Below, piece after piece: positions 13,984 through 30,379 of a stretch of DNA of 64,000 nt (positions are counted from its first letter, which is position 1; the number at the start of each line of letters is the position of its first letter). The notes under the pieces are model-generated. The model was not told the DNA's origin and did not search any database. It worked only from the letters and a program-made list of their open reading frames with translations. Position numbers and translations under genes: made by a program. The stretch comes from the human T2T-CHM13v2.0 reference genome, Homo sapiens, in the NCBI RefSeq assembly GCF_009914755.1, contig NC_060927.1. One strand, 5' to 3'.

Positions 13984-16656
13984 ATTGATCACTTACCATA
14001 TGCCAGTCACTAGTGCTTTCACATGCATTTTTCTACCACTTAGCTAAGTACTGTTATGAAGAAAGTCTTAGAAAAGTTAAATACCTTACCTATAGCTACA
14101 CAGCTAATCAGTGGCAAAGGTGAGATGTGAACCTAAGTAAGCTGTCAGAAGTCTATGGTCTTAATACAACATTCAAAGAGGCAATACAAAAGGGATTCTG
14201 GTTATCCTAAGAATATGGACAAGGCATAACTATGTCAAAAAGAACACTTTCCCAGGATTCAGAAACACAGATTCTAGTCTAGGATTTGCAACCCTGATTA
14301 TAGTTTAGTTCGCTTTACCTCTCTAGATCAAAATTTTCCCACCTATACAGAATGATAGGGTTAGACTACATCACTAAGATGCCACCTTACTAAACTGTGA
14401 AGGCAAAAGTTTAATACAAATACAGAACAATGGCAACCTAAACAGAGAGAAGGGAATTCACATTTATGCCAGGAACTGCATAAAAGGTATGGTACACACA
14501 TTATCTCAAGTCCACACCAAACTTGGCAAGAAAGGTATTAGCACCATGATAAATGGGGAAATTGAGGCTCAAAGAGGTGAGGTAAATTCACCTCACCACA
14601 GCAGTATGTGACAAAACTGAAGTTTGAATCAAGGCCTATATGGTAGGCTCTTTATTCCATATTGCCTCCTGAAGTAAATCATATTTAGAATTTTCACCAC
14701 CTTTCTACCTCTGAAAAGTTAGGATATTCCCGAACCTATTTCGTACAATCAGTCAAAATACTATGGAGCAAGGATTAAGTCTTACGAAGACGAACAGACC
14801 AATGCTTATTCCCCTTTCTCAATTTGTAAAATAGCCTAACTAGTTTATAAAGAAGGGTCATCAAGTACCTCTTTTCAAAACATCATCTCTTAATCTGTGT
14901 ACATTAGCAATAAAAAGCCCTGTAATTCAATAAATGTCCAAAAATGTACTCAACATTAGATATACAATATGAAGAAAAACTCCAGTTCCATTTTTATGAC
15001 TCTTGAGTTATCCAACAAACTGCGTTAGTCCAGAAATCAGTTTGTATTGCACAGATCAAGACTCTTCCAGAGTTAGCATAGGTATGAAGAGCAGTCTACT
15101 TCTTTTCATCCCTTTCATACAGTAATACCTCTAATGCAACTAAGCATCTACTATACATTCAATGTTACTGGTGTTATTGAAAATTATTTTCTAACAGTGA
15201 TAAGGCAACTATACTTGCACTCTGAATATAAGTGCCATAAAAAAGAAAAAGATTGGTTCTATTACTTCATGGATTATAAAAAAAACTTCAGCATTTTACT
15301 TAATAATAATGACAAGGTTCTGCATTGGTAATTAATAGTAGCCAAGCGTTTATGGTATACCAAGCAGTGTGCTTCACCTTTTGGAGAAACTATCTCATTT
15401 GTTCTTCATAAGCATTCAGTAAATCTATGTAATACCTCTGAGGTTGTAAAGAATCTCCTCAGATTACAGGTGGAGAAATTGAGACATGAAAACATTAGAA
15501 AGTAGGGGAGCCAGAAATGAAAATCAGGCAGCTGACTCCAGAGCCAGCATAACTCTTAGAAACTATGCTTTGGTGCCTTAGAGTATGTATTACACCCATT
15601 TCAGAGATAAGGAAAATGAAGAAAAAGTTTAGCCTCTTACCCATTGTCAAGTAAATGGAAAAATCAGCATTCAGATACTGGTGTTCTGACCTAATCCAGT
15701 GTCATTTCCCATTATGTTATGCTGTCTCTTTAATATTAAAACCTTCTACTTGCGTAAGATGTCTGGCTTACAAACAATATCACATTAAAATTTGGAAATA
15801 TCCTGTAAAGGATGCACTGTTCTCAATTTACAGATGATGAAATGATCACAAGATTGGGCAATGAGATATGGCGTTTTTAGAGAAATGAAATTCTGCCTTG
15901 AGATCTTGCTCAATCCAATTTGAAATTCCAATCTAAAAACCAAAATGTCTTCTACACATAAGGCGCAAGGGTCAATTTTAATTCTGGTACGTCTGTCTTT
16001 GATCACCTTAGCAAATTTCCATCACCTCTTGGAGCAACTGATGGTTTGATTTGTACTAGAGTTTTCGTGGGTATTTTATCTCGCTTTCGAGTATTGGGGT
16101 TTCTTTTGTGTAGAGGGTGTCAGCCTACCTTGCACGTAGTAGTAGTTACTCAACAAACAGCCGAAGGCTGGAATGAATACCGTATACAGGTTAGACATTG
16201 GAGAAACGACGAATACCTGTTAGCCCTCGATCAAGTGCAGGGGGTCGATATTCACCACTCAGATGCCCCAGGGAGTACCGTCCTAGCCAATGTCCCTCTT
16301 TTCTTTCCGATAATTTGTATCGGAAAGAAGCATTTAGCAGTCTCAATGAATGAAAAAAAACTGAAGGCGCCCCAGTAAGAGTACGAAAAGAAAAGGAGTA
16401 ATTAGAGAAGTGAATGACCAAGAAGGGCCTGGACAGCTGGGGGTGAGGGTGACAGGGGAAAGGGTGTGGACAGCTGGGTGTGGGGGTGACTGGGGAAAGG
16501 GATGCCCAGGAGTGGGCCGCTCCCTAGTCAAAGGAGGGGGCGCGGGAGGGAGTGAGAAAAAAATGACGTGTCTTTTTGGACCGGCAACAGCTACGGAGGT
16601 TGGCCGCGGCATTGCCCGCATCCCTATCCTCCACCCGTCCCTGGCGAGTCACTCAC

Positions 16657-16900
16657 CCAGAAGCCAGGCTACGTAGGGCCGCCCCCAAGGCCGCCGAGTT
16701 TCGATTCCTTAGTGTTTGGAAACGGACCGAAAACAAACCGGGTCGCCAGGGGTCACCACGGGCTTCCGGTTTCTTCGAAGACACCGCCGCTTCCACAGCG
16801 AAGGGAGCTGCTCCGGGCACGTCGCGGAGGGAGTCCCATTTCTTCTGACTCGGCAGGAGCCCGGGACGTTCTGGAAGGAGGGACGAGCCGAGGCAGGAGG
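16657..16900 (-). other. AZI2: AZI2 non-coding exon 1 (5' boundary approximate)
   Basis: Strong donor TGG|GTGAGT at 16656-16651, at the edge of the CpG island upstream of exon 2. The TSS cannot be fixed from sequence. Confidence 0.7.
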
Positions 16901-16999
16901 GGCCGGGCCGACGCGGGAGAAGGCCCGTTACCCAGCAATACGCGCGCGAGACCCAGGCCCGCCGTCGGGACCAGCACGGGCCGGAGGGAGGGGAAGCAC

Positions 17000-17259
17000 T
17001 CCGGAAAGTGATTGGAAGTGTGGATGAGCTCTCAGCCGGAAAAGGGGCTGCCGCTGTCCGCGGGCTCGGCGCCAGGGACGCGCGAGGAAACCGGAAGTCA
17101 GGCCCGAGGGAGCTGGGAGGGCGTTAGCGAAGCCAGGTTCGGTCGTGGGGGTGGGGAAGTGCAGGAGTGGCGCGCGGCGTACTACATGTCCCGTGAGCCT
17201 CCGCGGCGGGACGGGGCGGGGCCGCGGGACGCCAGGAGGCGGAGGCGGAGTGGAGTTAG
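17000..17259 (+). other. ZCWPW2: ZCWPW2 non-coding exon 1 (5' boundary approximate)
   Basis: Donor TTAG|GTAAGA at 17260. Gene identity rests on recalled head-to-head arrangement with AZI2, not on coding sequence in this window. Confidence 0.65.
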
Positions 17260-20181
17260 GTAAGAGCGTTACCAGCCGTCTTGTCTGTTGGGCCGAGGTC
17301 CCCCTTCAGGGGCGCCCTCTGGTGCGTCTTTTTCACTCAGTGTCCTTTTGGGGGGTCCCCGGGCCGTGTGGTGCGTGCTGGCTCGGCTCAGTAGCGCTGT
17401 TACAGGCTTACGAGCTGACGTGGCTGGGAACTGGGAAGTCTGTTAGAAGCCGTTCCTCTGTATCCTCTGTTTTCTAAACTACTTGCAAGCCCTCAGGCGA
17501 TCACTTGAGGCACAAGCTCGACGAATTGCGTAGGGGTCTGTAATTATTCACAAACGACACCACGACTTCTAGCACACTGCTCAATTTATGGAATGAGAGA
17601 CAGGGAGAAGATGCCAGAGTACTGGAGTTGCGCCCGGCTTCCCTGGAGTTGCCACCACCTTGGTTATTTCTAGATGATAGACCGTCCCTAGCTGTGGAGT
17701 CACAAGTAGTTGAATTAATTAGTCATTGAAGGTCGCAGCCAGGTGGAACCCCTGTAACTCTAAGGTATTATTGGTTAAATAAACAAATAAACAAGGAACA
17801 ATAATTATAGAAAATTTAACGTCACTAACCGCCGATTAGCAATACGGACATTACTCACCACCCCCTTAAAGTAGTATTTTGTCATCTGTCCGCTTAACTA
17901 TCAGCCCAACTGTCAGCCCAATAGGATGGATTTCACTCAAGGGTTTATATGAAAATTCGTTTTTATTGTTGTTGGTTTTTTTATTGTCTTTTTTGGTTTA
18001 GATTTAAGTGAAAATTTATAGCTGTTAGGAACAAAGACCACAAGTTGAAGTTTTATGACATTTCTAAAAATACTTAGAAATCTGTGTTAATGTTATCGTT
18101 GAGAAAGGAAACGATTTGCTTCAATTTACTGGGCTGGAGAATGGAAGAGAGCAGTGTTTTTAATATTTTGAGCAAGTATCAGTCCTTAACTTTTTTTATT
18201 GCTTCCATGATGCATTTTGAGAATTTTCAATTTAAAACAACCATTAGGTGTATGTTTTTACAAGTAGAGTTTTGAAGAATGCTAGCAAAATTGGTTGAGG
18301 CATCACAAGTTATTAGAAATAAAGTGGTAACCTGGTTTTTAATTTGAAGGTGTAGAAATATTTTTGAATCTTCGTTCACAATTTAAAATAATTTAAGAAT
18401 TGTTGAAAAGGCAGGGGACATCATTTTTATCTTTTCTTTCTGAGTAAGTAAAGATAAAATGTCATAAATCAGTATTTTGAAGTTTATCTGGTGAGAGAGT
18501 CAATTTTTGTTTCACAGTGCACACTACACAGTGGGTTTATTAACATATAATGGGTTTATTAAGAAATGTATTTGCTTAACCAGGATGTACAAATTTTATT
18601 ATTTCAGTCAAGTAAAACATCTTAGTTTTTCTTTTTGGGTTGTAGAACTCCTGCTAGATTATGACAAAATATAATCCGTATAGTCATTGGATTTAGCTGC
18701 AAATGGTCACTTTCCACCCTGTATCTGCTTCAATTAACTTTCTCAAATAAAATAAATTGTTAGAGAAAACTTGTTACACAGTTCATATATAATCATGTAT
18801 TAAAGGTTTATTATCAGGGAAAGACCTCTGATAAGTTAATTAAAAGATACAGTCTTGATAAGGACATTTTATAGGAAAAGAGAATGGTTAGATAATTGTT
18901 AAGCTCTAAGAAAGAAAAGAATTTAGGGGTCCTGAATGATAATCTTAACTGATAGCCAACTAGTTCAGTGAGTGGTTGGTTTTCCAGAGCATCTTGATTC
19001 CATTGAAATTTATTGGAACTTTGCTTAGGGATTTTTTTCAGGAATTTTCATATTTTCCCAAGAGGGAGTTGTGAATTACATCATCTAAAAAGCTGTGTCC
19101 AAGGCCAAGTTTGGGACAGTTTCTTTTCTTTTAAACCATTACATTTTTTGTAGCTACAAATTCAATCTGAAATTTTCAAAACAAGTCACTGCTTTAAAAA
19201 TATATATATATTTTTTAGAATGGCTGTTTTGGACTGAATTGAACACTCTTGACACCAGGCACTTTAAAAATTGTCCTGTCTACATGTTGTCGCTCATTAT
19301 ATAAAAAATATATATATATACATATATATATTACAAAAGCTCCTTCTCCACTTTTTTCCACCCCCTACACCAATTCCAAGATCTAGATGTTCTCCCATCA
19401 GGGAAAGGGCTCCTGAAGGACATGATACTGGCCGAGACTGGGTTCCCTTTTTCACTGAATTAGCTTGGACTTCAAAGCAATATCTTAACAAAGAATATGG
19501 GCCCTAGTACAACTTCTGACTGTAGCTTAGCCTTTTTACTTATTTTTAGGTAATAAGGTGCATTTTTAGAGCTTCAAATCTTAGGCAACATGTAAAAATA
19601 ATGAAAAACCTTTTTTTTTCTTAAATGAGGACTTTGTCTATATCTGAGCTGTGAAGAATATTTACAGTAAAAAGAAACAGTAAGTGCAATTTTTAAGAAA
19701 ATTTTTTAAGTGAATTTCTGATTAGTGATTTAAATTGTATATTTAATTTGATTAATGTCATATTACCTCAGGGGTCATATTTTTTGTTTCTTTGTTGTAT
19801 ATTCTGAGGACTGTGCTTTGGTGCACCCGAGATAGATGTGGCTCTTGATTGTCAGAGGAAGAAGACTTAATATGTCAATACCACTAAATTGAAATGGCAG
19901 TGTCTGTCTTTTCATGTTCATATCAGCTTCAGTGTCATTCCATCGGTGTTGTTTCAGAAACTTCTTCCTCTGTTTTCCTGACATATCACATGTTCAGGTT
20001 ACTATCTTTAGGGTATGAGAATAGTTTTAGTGGCAAGGATAAAAATGATTTCAAGAATACTACCCAAAATAAAACCTGGTATTTGGGCATACACAGTTGT
20101 CTTCCCTGTTTTCCCTGTACTTTCTCCTTCCCCCGTCTCCTTTGTCTCCTTACCCCTCCTTTCCCTCTATCTCAGATGTAT

Positions 20182-20182
<1 letters not shown>

Positions 20183-20223
<41 letters not shown>
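20183..20223. repeat. (CA)n microsatellite
   Basis: About 20 CA units. Confidence 0.95.
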
Positions 20224-20226
<3 letters not shown>

Positions 20227-20957
20227 AGAGAATTATGTATGCCTTGCAGTGCATGACTTCTGTTAAACTGTGTGTATCCAAACCTGTGTGCATCTTAAAC
20301 CGGCAGTCTCTGAACTGGGCAACATACATCCTTTACCCTTAACCTTGAGAGGAACATAAAGGCTTTCCCGGGGGGGTTATATAGTTAAGGATAGTTTAAG
20401 AGTATTAATTCTCAGGTTGTCAACTTGCATGTATTCATTCCTAAGATTGATCTTCCTCAGAGTGTACTGAACTAGACATCTTTTTGCTTTCCTCTTTAGC
20501 AGTTGTCCCTCTCTCACTGACAAATATGGGGATACCTTATCTGACCTAAATCTTGATAGTGGTGTTTAGAAAGTAAATGACTGTGATGAATGAGTAGTTA
20601 ACTCTTTGGCAAAATTGGTGAGTTACAGTTGCTTTAGAAAATAATTGCAGAAGGACCAAATTGACTTATCAGTTGATCATTAAAAATAATTTTTGAAGCA
20701 TACCCATGTGTGATTTTTGGTATATAACTTATGAGTTCACACAAATGATTATTGCTATAACCAGAAATCGTTACACTTGCAAATGTTTGGAATGGAAGAA
20801 TAAAACATATAAAAATAGAATTAACCTGAATTCTGTTTCTTTCTAGCAATAAGTAATATTTATTTTTGGGTATATGGCCTAATGAGGGAGGGGGCAGAAG
20901 GTCCTGTCCATTTTTTTTATGACATGCATTTCCAATAAAAGCTTTTTATATTTTATA

Positions 20958-21252
20958 GGCCAGGCACAGTGGCTCATGCCTGTGATCCCAGCACTTTGGG
21001 AGGCTGAGATGGGCCAATCACCTAAGGTCAGGAGTTAAAGACCAGCCTGGACAACATGGCAAAACTCCATCTCTACTAAAATACAAAAATTATCCAGACA
21101 TGGTGGCTCACTCCTGTAGTCCCAGCCACCTGGGGAGGCTCAGGCACGAGAATTGCTTGAACTCAGGAGGCAGAGGCCACAGTGAACTGAGATTGCACCA
21201 CTGCACTCCGGCCTGGGTGACAGACCAAGACTCCGTCTCAAAAAAAAAAAAA
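20958..21252 (+). mobile_element. AluS element
   Basis: Full Alu dimer with A tail. Confidence 0.95.
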
Positions 21253-22222
21253 TCCTTTATATATTTTATGATAATTATAATTTGTTATATGTTTAATACT
21301 CATCAAAAGTGTTCTAGTCATTTAATGAGGTCACAGTATTAGAATTTATGTTCTTGGAAATTTTAAAATTTACTTTTTTTATTGTAGGGAAGTATGATAG
21401 GGTGATCAATTTAAAATATTTTGAAACACTAAAATATATTATGTTGGGATAAGCTAATGTGGAGGAAGTGAGATGGAAATATGAATTCAAGGAAAAGAGG
21501 CATGATATCCAGTTCCCAGCTGCTAAAGGAGAGCTTGTTCATGTAATTTTCAAAAAGATGCATGATGGTAGATTTTAAATTACCATGGCATTTACATTTC
21601 ATTTATAAAAGAAATTATGACTTTGACTCCAGCAGAAAGTTGTGTCCTAGACATACAATCTGTGCTTCGCTAAGAACTTTTTGACTTAAAAATGTTTGCA
21701 TTCAATAGGAATTGTTTGCTGACAGAGGTTTTTTTTTCTTTTTCCAAAATAAAACATGAGTGCCATAATTGTCTGCACAATGATAAAATGCAGTGATTTT
21801 TCTGGCAGAAACATGGTGAAGAAAAATTAATGGTCCTAGAAAGCCTTTGACATGAACAATCATAGGGAGAAGAAATGTGAGACCAACCAACAGGAGAACA
21901 GCAACAGAGGAGGTTGGTAGATTGTAAGAGAAGACTCAGTGGAGGGAATCCTATACTTCTTATTAAATGAAGTAAGAGAAATGCTCGTCTGAGGCTTTGC
22001 AGTTATACTCTTTTGCTAATTGAGATATGAATTTGTTCATTTATTCAATATTTGACAAATTATTGAGCACCTATCATGTGCCAGACGCTGTTTTAGGCAC
22101 TGGGATGAAATAGGCAAAATGGCTTTTTTAAAGTACAAGGAGGTAAAACGTATTAGAGAAGCCAGTCACATTGACAAAGAGCTGTGTGAAATTTAACAAC
22201 ATGATAAGAAATTCCCTTTCAT

Positions 22223-25076
<2,854 letters not shown>

Positions 25077-25409
25077 AAATTCCCTTTCATTTATTTTTTG
25101 CCAATAGTTTCTATATGTGCCTATAAAGAAAAAAAATCCATTTTTTCCTACTTAAAATGGGAAGAGAAGAATAATTCTGTTTTGAGGCTTTCATTTACAT
25201 TATAAAAACCAGGAAGACAAAGCAATTATTCAGAGGAGAGCCATTTTATAAAGCTACGAATAAACAATAATGAAAGGATGACATTAAAGTTCATTAAGAT
25301 CTATAGAAGGAAGTTAAGCTACATTTTTCAAATACGTTGTGTAGCAAAGGAGAAGGAAAACGTCCAAACTCACAACTCACAAAATACAGAAGTGAAATTT
25401 TTGATTTGG

Positions 25410-25935
25410 TGTGATGGTTAATTTTATGTGTCAACTTGAATGTGTGCCGTGGGCTGCCCATGTATTTGGTTAAACATTATTTTTGGGATGTCTTTGAGTG
25501 TCTTTAGATAAGATTAGCATTTGAATAGTAGATGGAGTAAAGCAGATTGCTCTCCACATTGTGAGTGGGCAGCATCATCCAATCCACTGAGGGCCTGACT
25601 AGAACCAAAGGTAGACAAAGGGAGAATTCGTGCTCTCTCTGCTTGAATATTTGATCTGGGACGTAAGTTTTCTGCCTGTGGACTAGAATTTATAGCATTG
25701 GCTCTTCTGTTTTGCAAGCCTTTGGACTTATACTGAATTATACCACTGACTCTCCTCGTTCTCTAGCTTATATATGACAGATCATGGGAGTTTACCTCCA
25801 TAATTGCATAGGCCAATTATATATACATATAATATATAGTTGGTATATTTTATATATATATATATATATATCTCCATACATATATATCTGTGCATCCTAT
25901 TGGTTCTGTTTCTCTACAGAACCCTGACAATATAC
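25410..25935 (+). mobile_element. Solo MLT2 (ERVL) LTR with internal (TA)n
   Basis: Begins TGTGATGGTTAATTTTATGTGTCAACTTG and ends CTATTGGTTCTGTTTCTCT..AGAACCCTGAC. Confidence 0.9.
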
Positions 25936-28275
25936 TTTGTAGTAATTACAAAATTAGATATGGTTTCCTAGAGTGAAGACAAAGACTTTGAATTGCCTAT
26001 GAATCAGTACTCAAGTGATTCTTAAGTCTCCCTCAAAAATGTGTTATTTATTCACTGAAATTACCTTATTAATTATTTACTCTTGGTAGTCATTCTATAT
26101 CATTCCCTTTTGGCTTTAGTAATCACTTCCCTCATCCCACAGTCAAATCTGTTCACCTAGTTTTATGGGTTTTACTCCTTAGCTGTCTGAACTATTGCAA
26201 TAGTTTTCGTTTAAAAATTTTTTTCTTCCAACACATTCTTTATATTCATTTCAAAGTGATCTTTAAAAACTGTAAATGTTATCATTATACTTCTCTTAAA
26301 TTCCTGAAATGACTCCTTAACATTTTTTAAAAGGACCTTCTTAATATAGCCGAGCCTCTTTCTCCACCAGCTCTTATAAATACTGCCAACGTAGGCACTG
26401 AAATTGGATATCTTTACACACTTAAAAGATTTTCATTCAAGTGACTCTGATTATTCTTTTACAGTATTTAATGTCTTGGATTATCATTGATATTATAAAA
26501 ATAATTGTCAAATTCTCAGAGAATTGGGGAACCCCAGGAAAATTCTCTAACATCAGTTTGAAAATTATGAATCTGGTTCTCACATGTTTGTCCTAGATGA
26601 AAACATATTTTCAAGGGAATCTTATATGTCTGGATAAGGAATTTTACTAGAATACATTGAGTCTTAAATTTATTTGGAATATGTACCAATAAAGCATCAT
26701 CACTTTTTCAACATCAAGTGTTGTGTAGTAGAATTCAAAGCGACACATTCCCTTTGTACTTGAAATAAAAAGGTTTTTCTCCATAGACCATCCAAAACTA
26801 AGAATCCTCTGAAATCTTCGTAGTAGATTAGATTGCTATCTGAATATTATGGTCAGAAGTTGGAGGAGGAATTTATATCTCATTTTACCCCCCCCAACAA
26901 TCCTTTTTCTGAAATAATTCAAATTTTCTGTTTGAAAATTGTTTTGTTTTCCTAACAATTTAATTTATTTATTGTCTGAAGTGAGATAATGTGTACAAAT
27001 AGCTGTGCTAGATAACAAGTTTAAAGATCAGAGAAAAGACTGAAAACTATTACTTCCCAGAAATACTTAACTGTACATTGAGAAAGTCATTGATATGTTG
27101 AATCTAGTAACTGAGGTGATGGCTCAAAATTAAGTAATTGAGTTTTAGAAGCCAGATTATCCTTTACTTGTATTTTTAAGTTTGATTCTTAATACTGTAT
27201 TGGATGAAAGTGGAAATGGTCAGATCTGCCACCCAAATTGTTGTGTATTTTAAATTCAGGATTTATTAGTAACAGAAATAGGATTTAAAATTATTTGTAG
27301 CATTTACATTTGTGAAAAATATAACTGTTTTTTGACAATAAGTATTGTATTCATTAAGTTTGAACATTTTTCTATTTTGGTCAATATTTTCTTATGAAGG
27401 TACAAAACACAGTATAAAGAGTCTAAGACAATTAAAATTTGTTCTATGCAACGAAGCAGAAGACAACTAGGATTTTCTAGTAGAGCTAACTTACTTGACA
27501 AAAATAGGCATGAGAGTGTCTTTGATTTCATGGATAAAAATAATAGCTTGAGTTGAAGAAAAGAGAAAAAGGCCTAGAGAAAAATATGTATCTTGGCATT
27601 AAATGAATTATCAGAATACTTCGTAATCCTGACTTTGTAAATATAAATTAGCAACAAAAAAAGTTTGAAAGTTTGTAAATGATTTTCATCCTTACAAAAA
27701 ACTGTAGAACAAGTTATTCATTGTTTTTTTAGGAGAGAAAAAACTATAGCGCAATCAGGAAATCATCAACTATAAAATGTAGCATTAGGCATATTTATGA
27801 GATACGTTCATGAAACATTCCCTTATGTAAGAGGTAATTAAAGATAGTGTCTTTTTTTCCCCCTACACATTGTAGATTATGATCGTCCCATCTTCTCTTG
27901 GCTAAACTTTTGAAACCTTAAATATTGATTATAATTCATAATTTCATTTGGTCACTTCTCATGTTTTAATAAGAAATTTTAGGAAAAATTAGAAATCATT
28001 GAAATTTATTTGTTTTGCTAACAGGATGATATGTTTAAAACCAAATATATCAATAATTACATTAAATATAAGTAGACTACTCGAAACAAAGATGTCACTT
28101 TGGATTAAGAAAAATCATTGTGTACTGATTATAAGAGATGCATGGGAAAGAGTGAAGGAACAGAAAATATTAATAATGTATACATTAATGTAGCTTGGTA
28201 TAATTATAGTAAGATGAAACAAAGCAGACTTTCAGGAAGAAAAGTATTACTTCCTCCAGAAGACAAAACAATTCT

Positions 28276-28674
<399 letters not shown>

Positions 28675-28759
28675 TTAATATACATCCCTCAGTAACTGAT
28701 AGAATTAAACAGGAAAATAATGCATTAAAAAAAGAGATAACTGGATTTAAAATGATTTA

Positions 28760-30370
28760 CATCACAGCCACTAGGATGGCTATTATCAAAAAAACAAAAA
28801 CAAAAACAGAAAATAACTATCCTAAAACTCATATGGCATGTCAAGGGACCTTGAAAAGAAAAAAAAGCAGGAAGACTCATACATTCTGATTTCAAAAATT
28901 ACTACCAAGCTACGTTAATCAAAACAGTATGGTACTGGCATAAAGATAGACATATAAACCAATAAAATTAGAATAAAGGGCCCAGGAAAGTTATTTATGT
29001 TTCATATGCACCTAACACACATAGCCCAAACGTAATTTTAGGCTATATGTATTAGGTACGTATGAAACATAAATAAATTTTGTGTTTAGGCTTGGGTCCC
29101 ATCCTCAAGATGTATCTTTATGTATATACAGATATTCTAAAATCAAAAAAAAGGTCAGAAATTGGAAATGCTCTGGTCTCAAGCATTTCAAATAAGGGAT
29201 ATTCAACTAGTACTGGCATAAAGACAGACACACAGACCAATGGAACAGAATGGAGAGCCCAGAAATAAGCCTACACACTGTGGTAAAATTATCTTCAACA
29301 AAGATGCCAGAACTACATAATAGGTAAAGGATAGTCTCTTTCAACAAGTAGTCTTGAGAAAACTGGATATTCACATGCGAAAGAATGAAATTGGACCTTT
29401 ATCTTACACCATACACAAAAATTGACTCAAAATAGATTAAATGAAGCATGTGAAAAAATATAAGGAATTAAACTATAAAACTCTAGAAGAAAATGTAGGG
29501 GAAGAGCTTCATAACATTGGTCTTGGTGATGATTTCTTGGATATGACACCAAAAGCACAGGAATAAAAGCAAAAATAAACAAGTGGGACTATATCAAACT
29601 AAAAAGTATCTTCACAGCAAAAGAAACAACAGAGTGAAAAGGAAACCTATAGAATGGAAGAAAATATTTGCAAACCATGCATCTGATAGGGGATTAATAT
29701 CAAAAATATATAAGAAATTCATACAATGTAATAGCAAAAAAAAACCTGATTAAAAATGGCAAAGGGCTTGATTAGACATTTTTCTAAAGAAGATATGCAG
29801 ATGGCAAGGTTATATGAAAAGATACTCAACATCACTAATTATCAGGGAAATGTAAATCAAAAACAATGAGCTGTACCCTCATACCTGTTAGGATGGCTAT
29901 AATTTTTTTTAAAGGCAGAAAGTAAGTGTTGGTGAGGATGTGGAGAAATTGGCATCCTTGTGCACTCTTGGTGGGAATGTAAAGTGGTGTAGCTGCTGTG
30001 GAAAATGTTATAGAGGTTTCCCCCAAATTAAAAGTGGAACTGCCTTGTAATCCAGCAATCCTACTTCAAAGGTATTTATCCAAAAGAATTAAAAAGAAGA
30101 TCTGGAAGAGATATCTATATTCTCGTGTTCATTGCAGTCGCTCACAGTGACCAAAAGGTGGATACAAACTAAATGTCCATAAGCAGATAAATGGATAAAG
30201 AAAATGTGGTGTATAAATGGAATGGAATATCCTTCAGCCTTAAAAAAGTTTAGTTATATAAGATGAAAATGTTCTTGAGATCCATTGTACAACAGTGTGA
30301 ATATAGTTGACAATACTGTACACTTAAAATTTTTAAAGAATAGGTTTCATATTATATTATTAAAAAAAAT
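28760..30370 (+). mobile_element. Old L1M (L1MB-like) ORF2 3' / 3'UTR fragments, interrupted by Tigger4
   Basis: Degenerate L1 ORF2 C-terminal motifs and L1M 3' end. Confidence 0.8.
28991..29210 (-). mobile_element. Tigger4b-like (MER46/Zombi) fragment with foldback
   Basis: Terminal AAGCATTTCAAATAAGGGATATTCAACT and CTTGGGTCCCATCC resemble Tigger4. Confidence 0.75.
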
Positions 30371-30379
30371 AGTTCAATA

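Larger units (their letters stand above)
16550..17550. promoter_or_regulatory. CpG island / bidirectional promoter shared by AZI2 and ZCWPW2
   Basis: GC- and CpG-rich in an AT-rich background. ETS/GABPA CCGGAAGT at 17091-17098 and reverse CTTCCGG near 16763; ZNF143/THAP11-type ACTACAnnTCCC at 17181-17192; reverse CCAAT at 17011-17015; GC box near 17213. Outward-facing splice donors on both strands. Confidence 0.92.

Noticed and set aside
16046-17477. Many overlapping 70-150 aa ORFs
   Set aside because: Expected from stop-codon scarcity in a CpG island; no recognisable protein.
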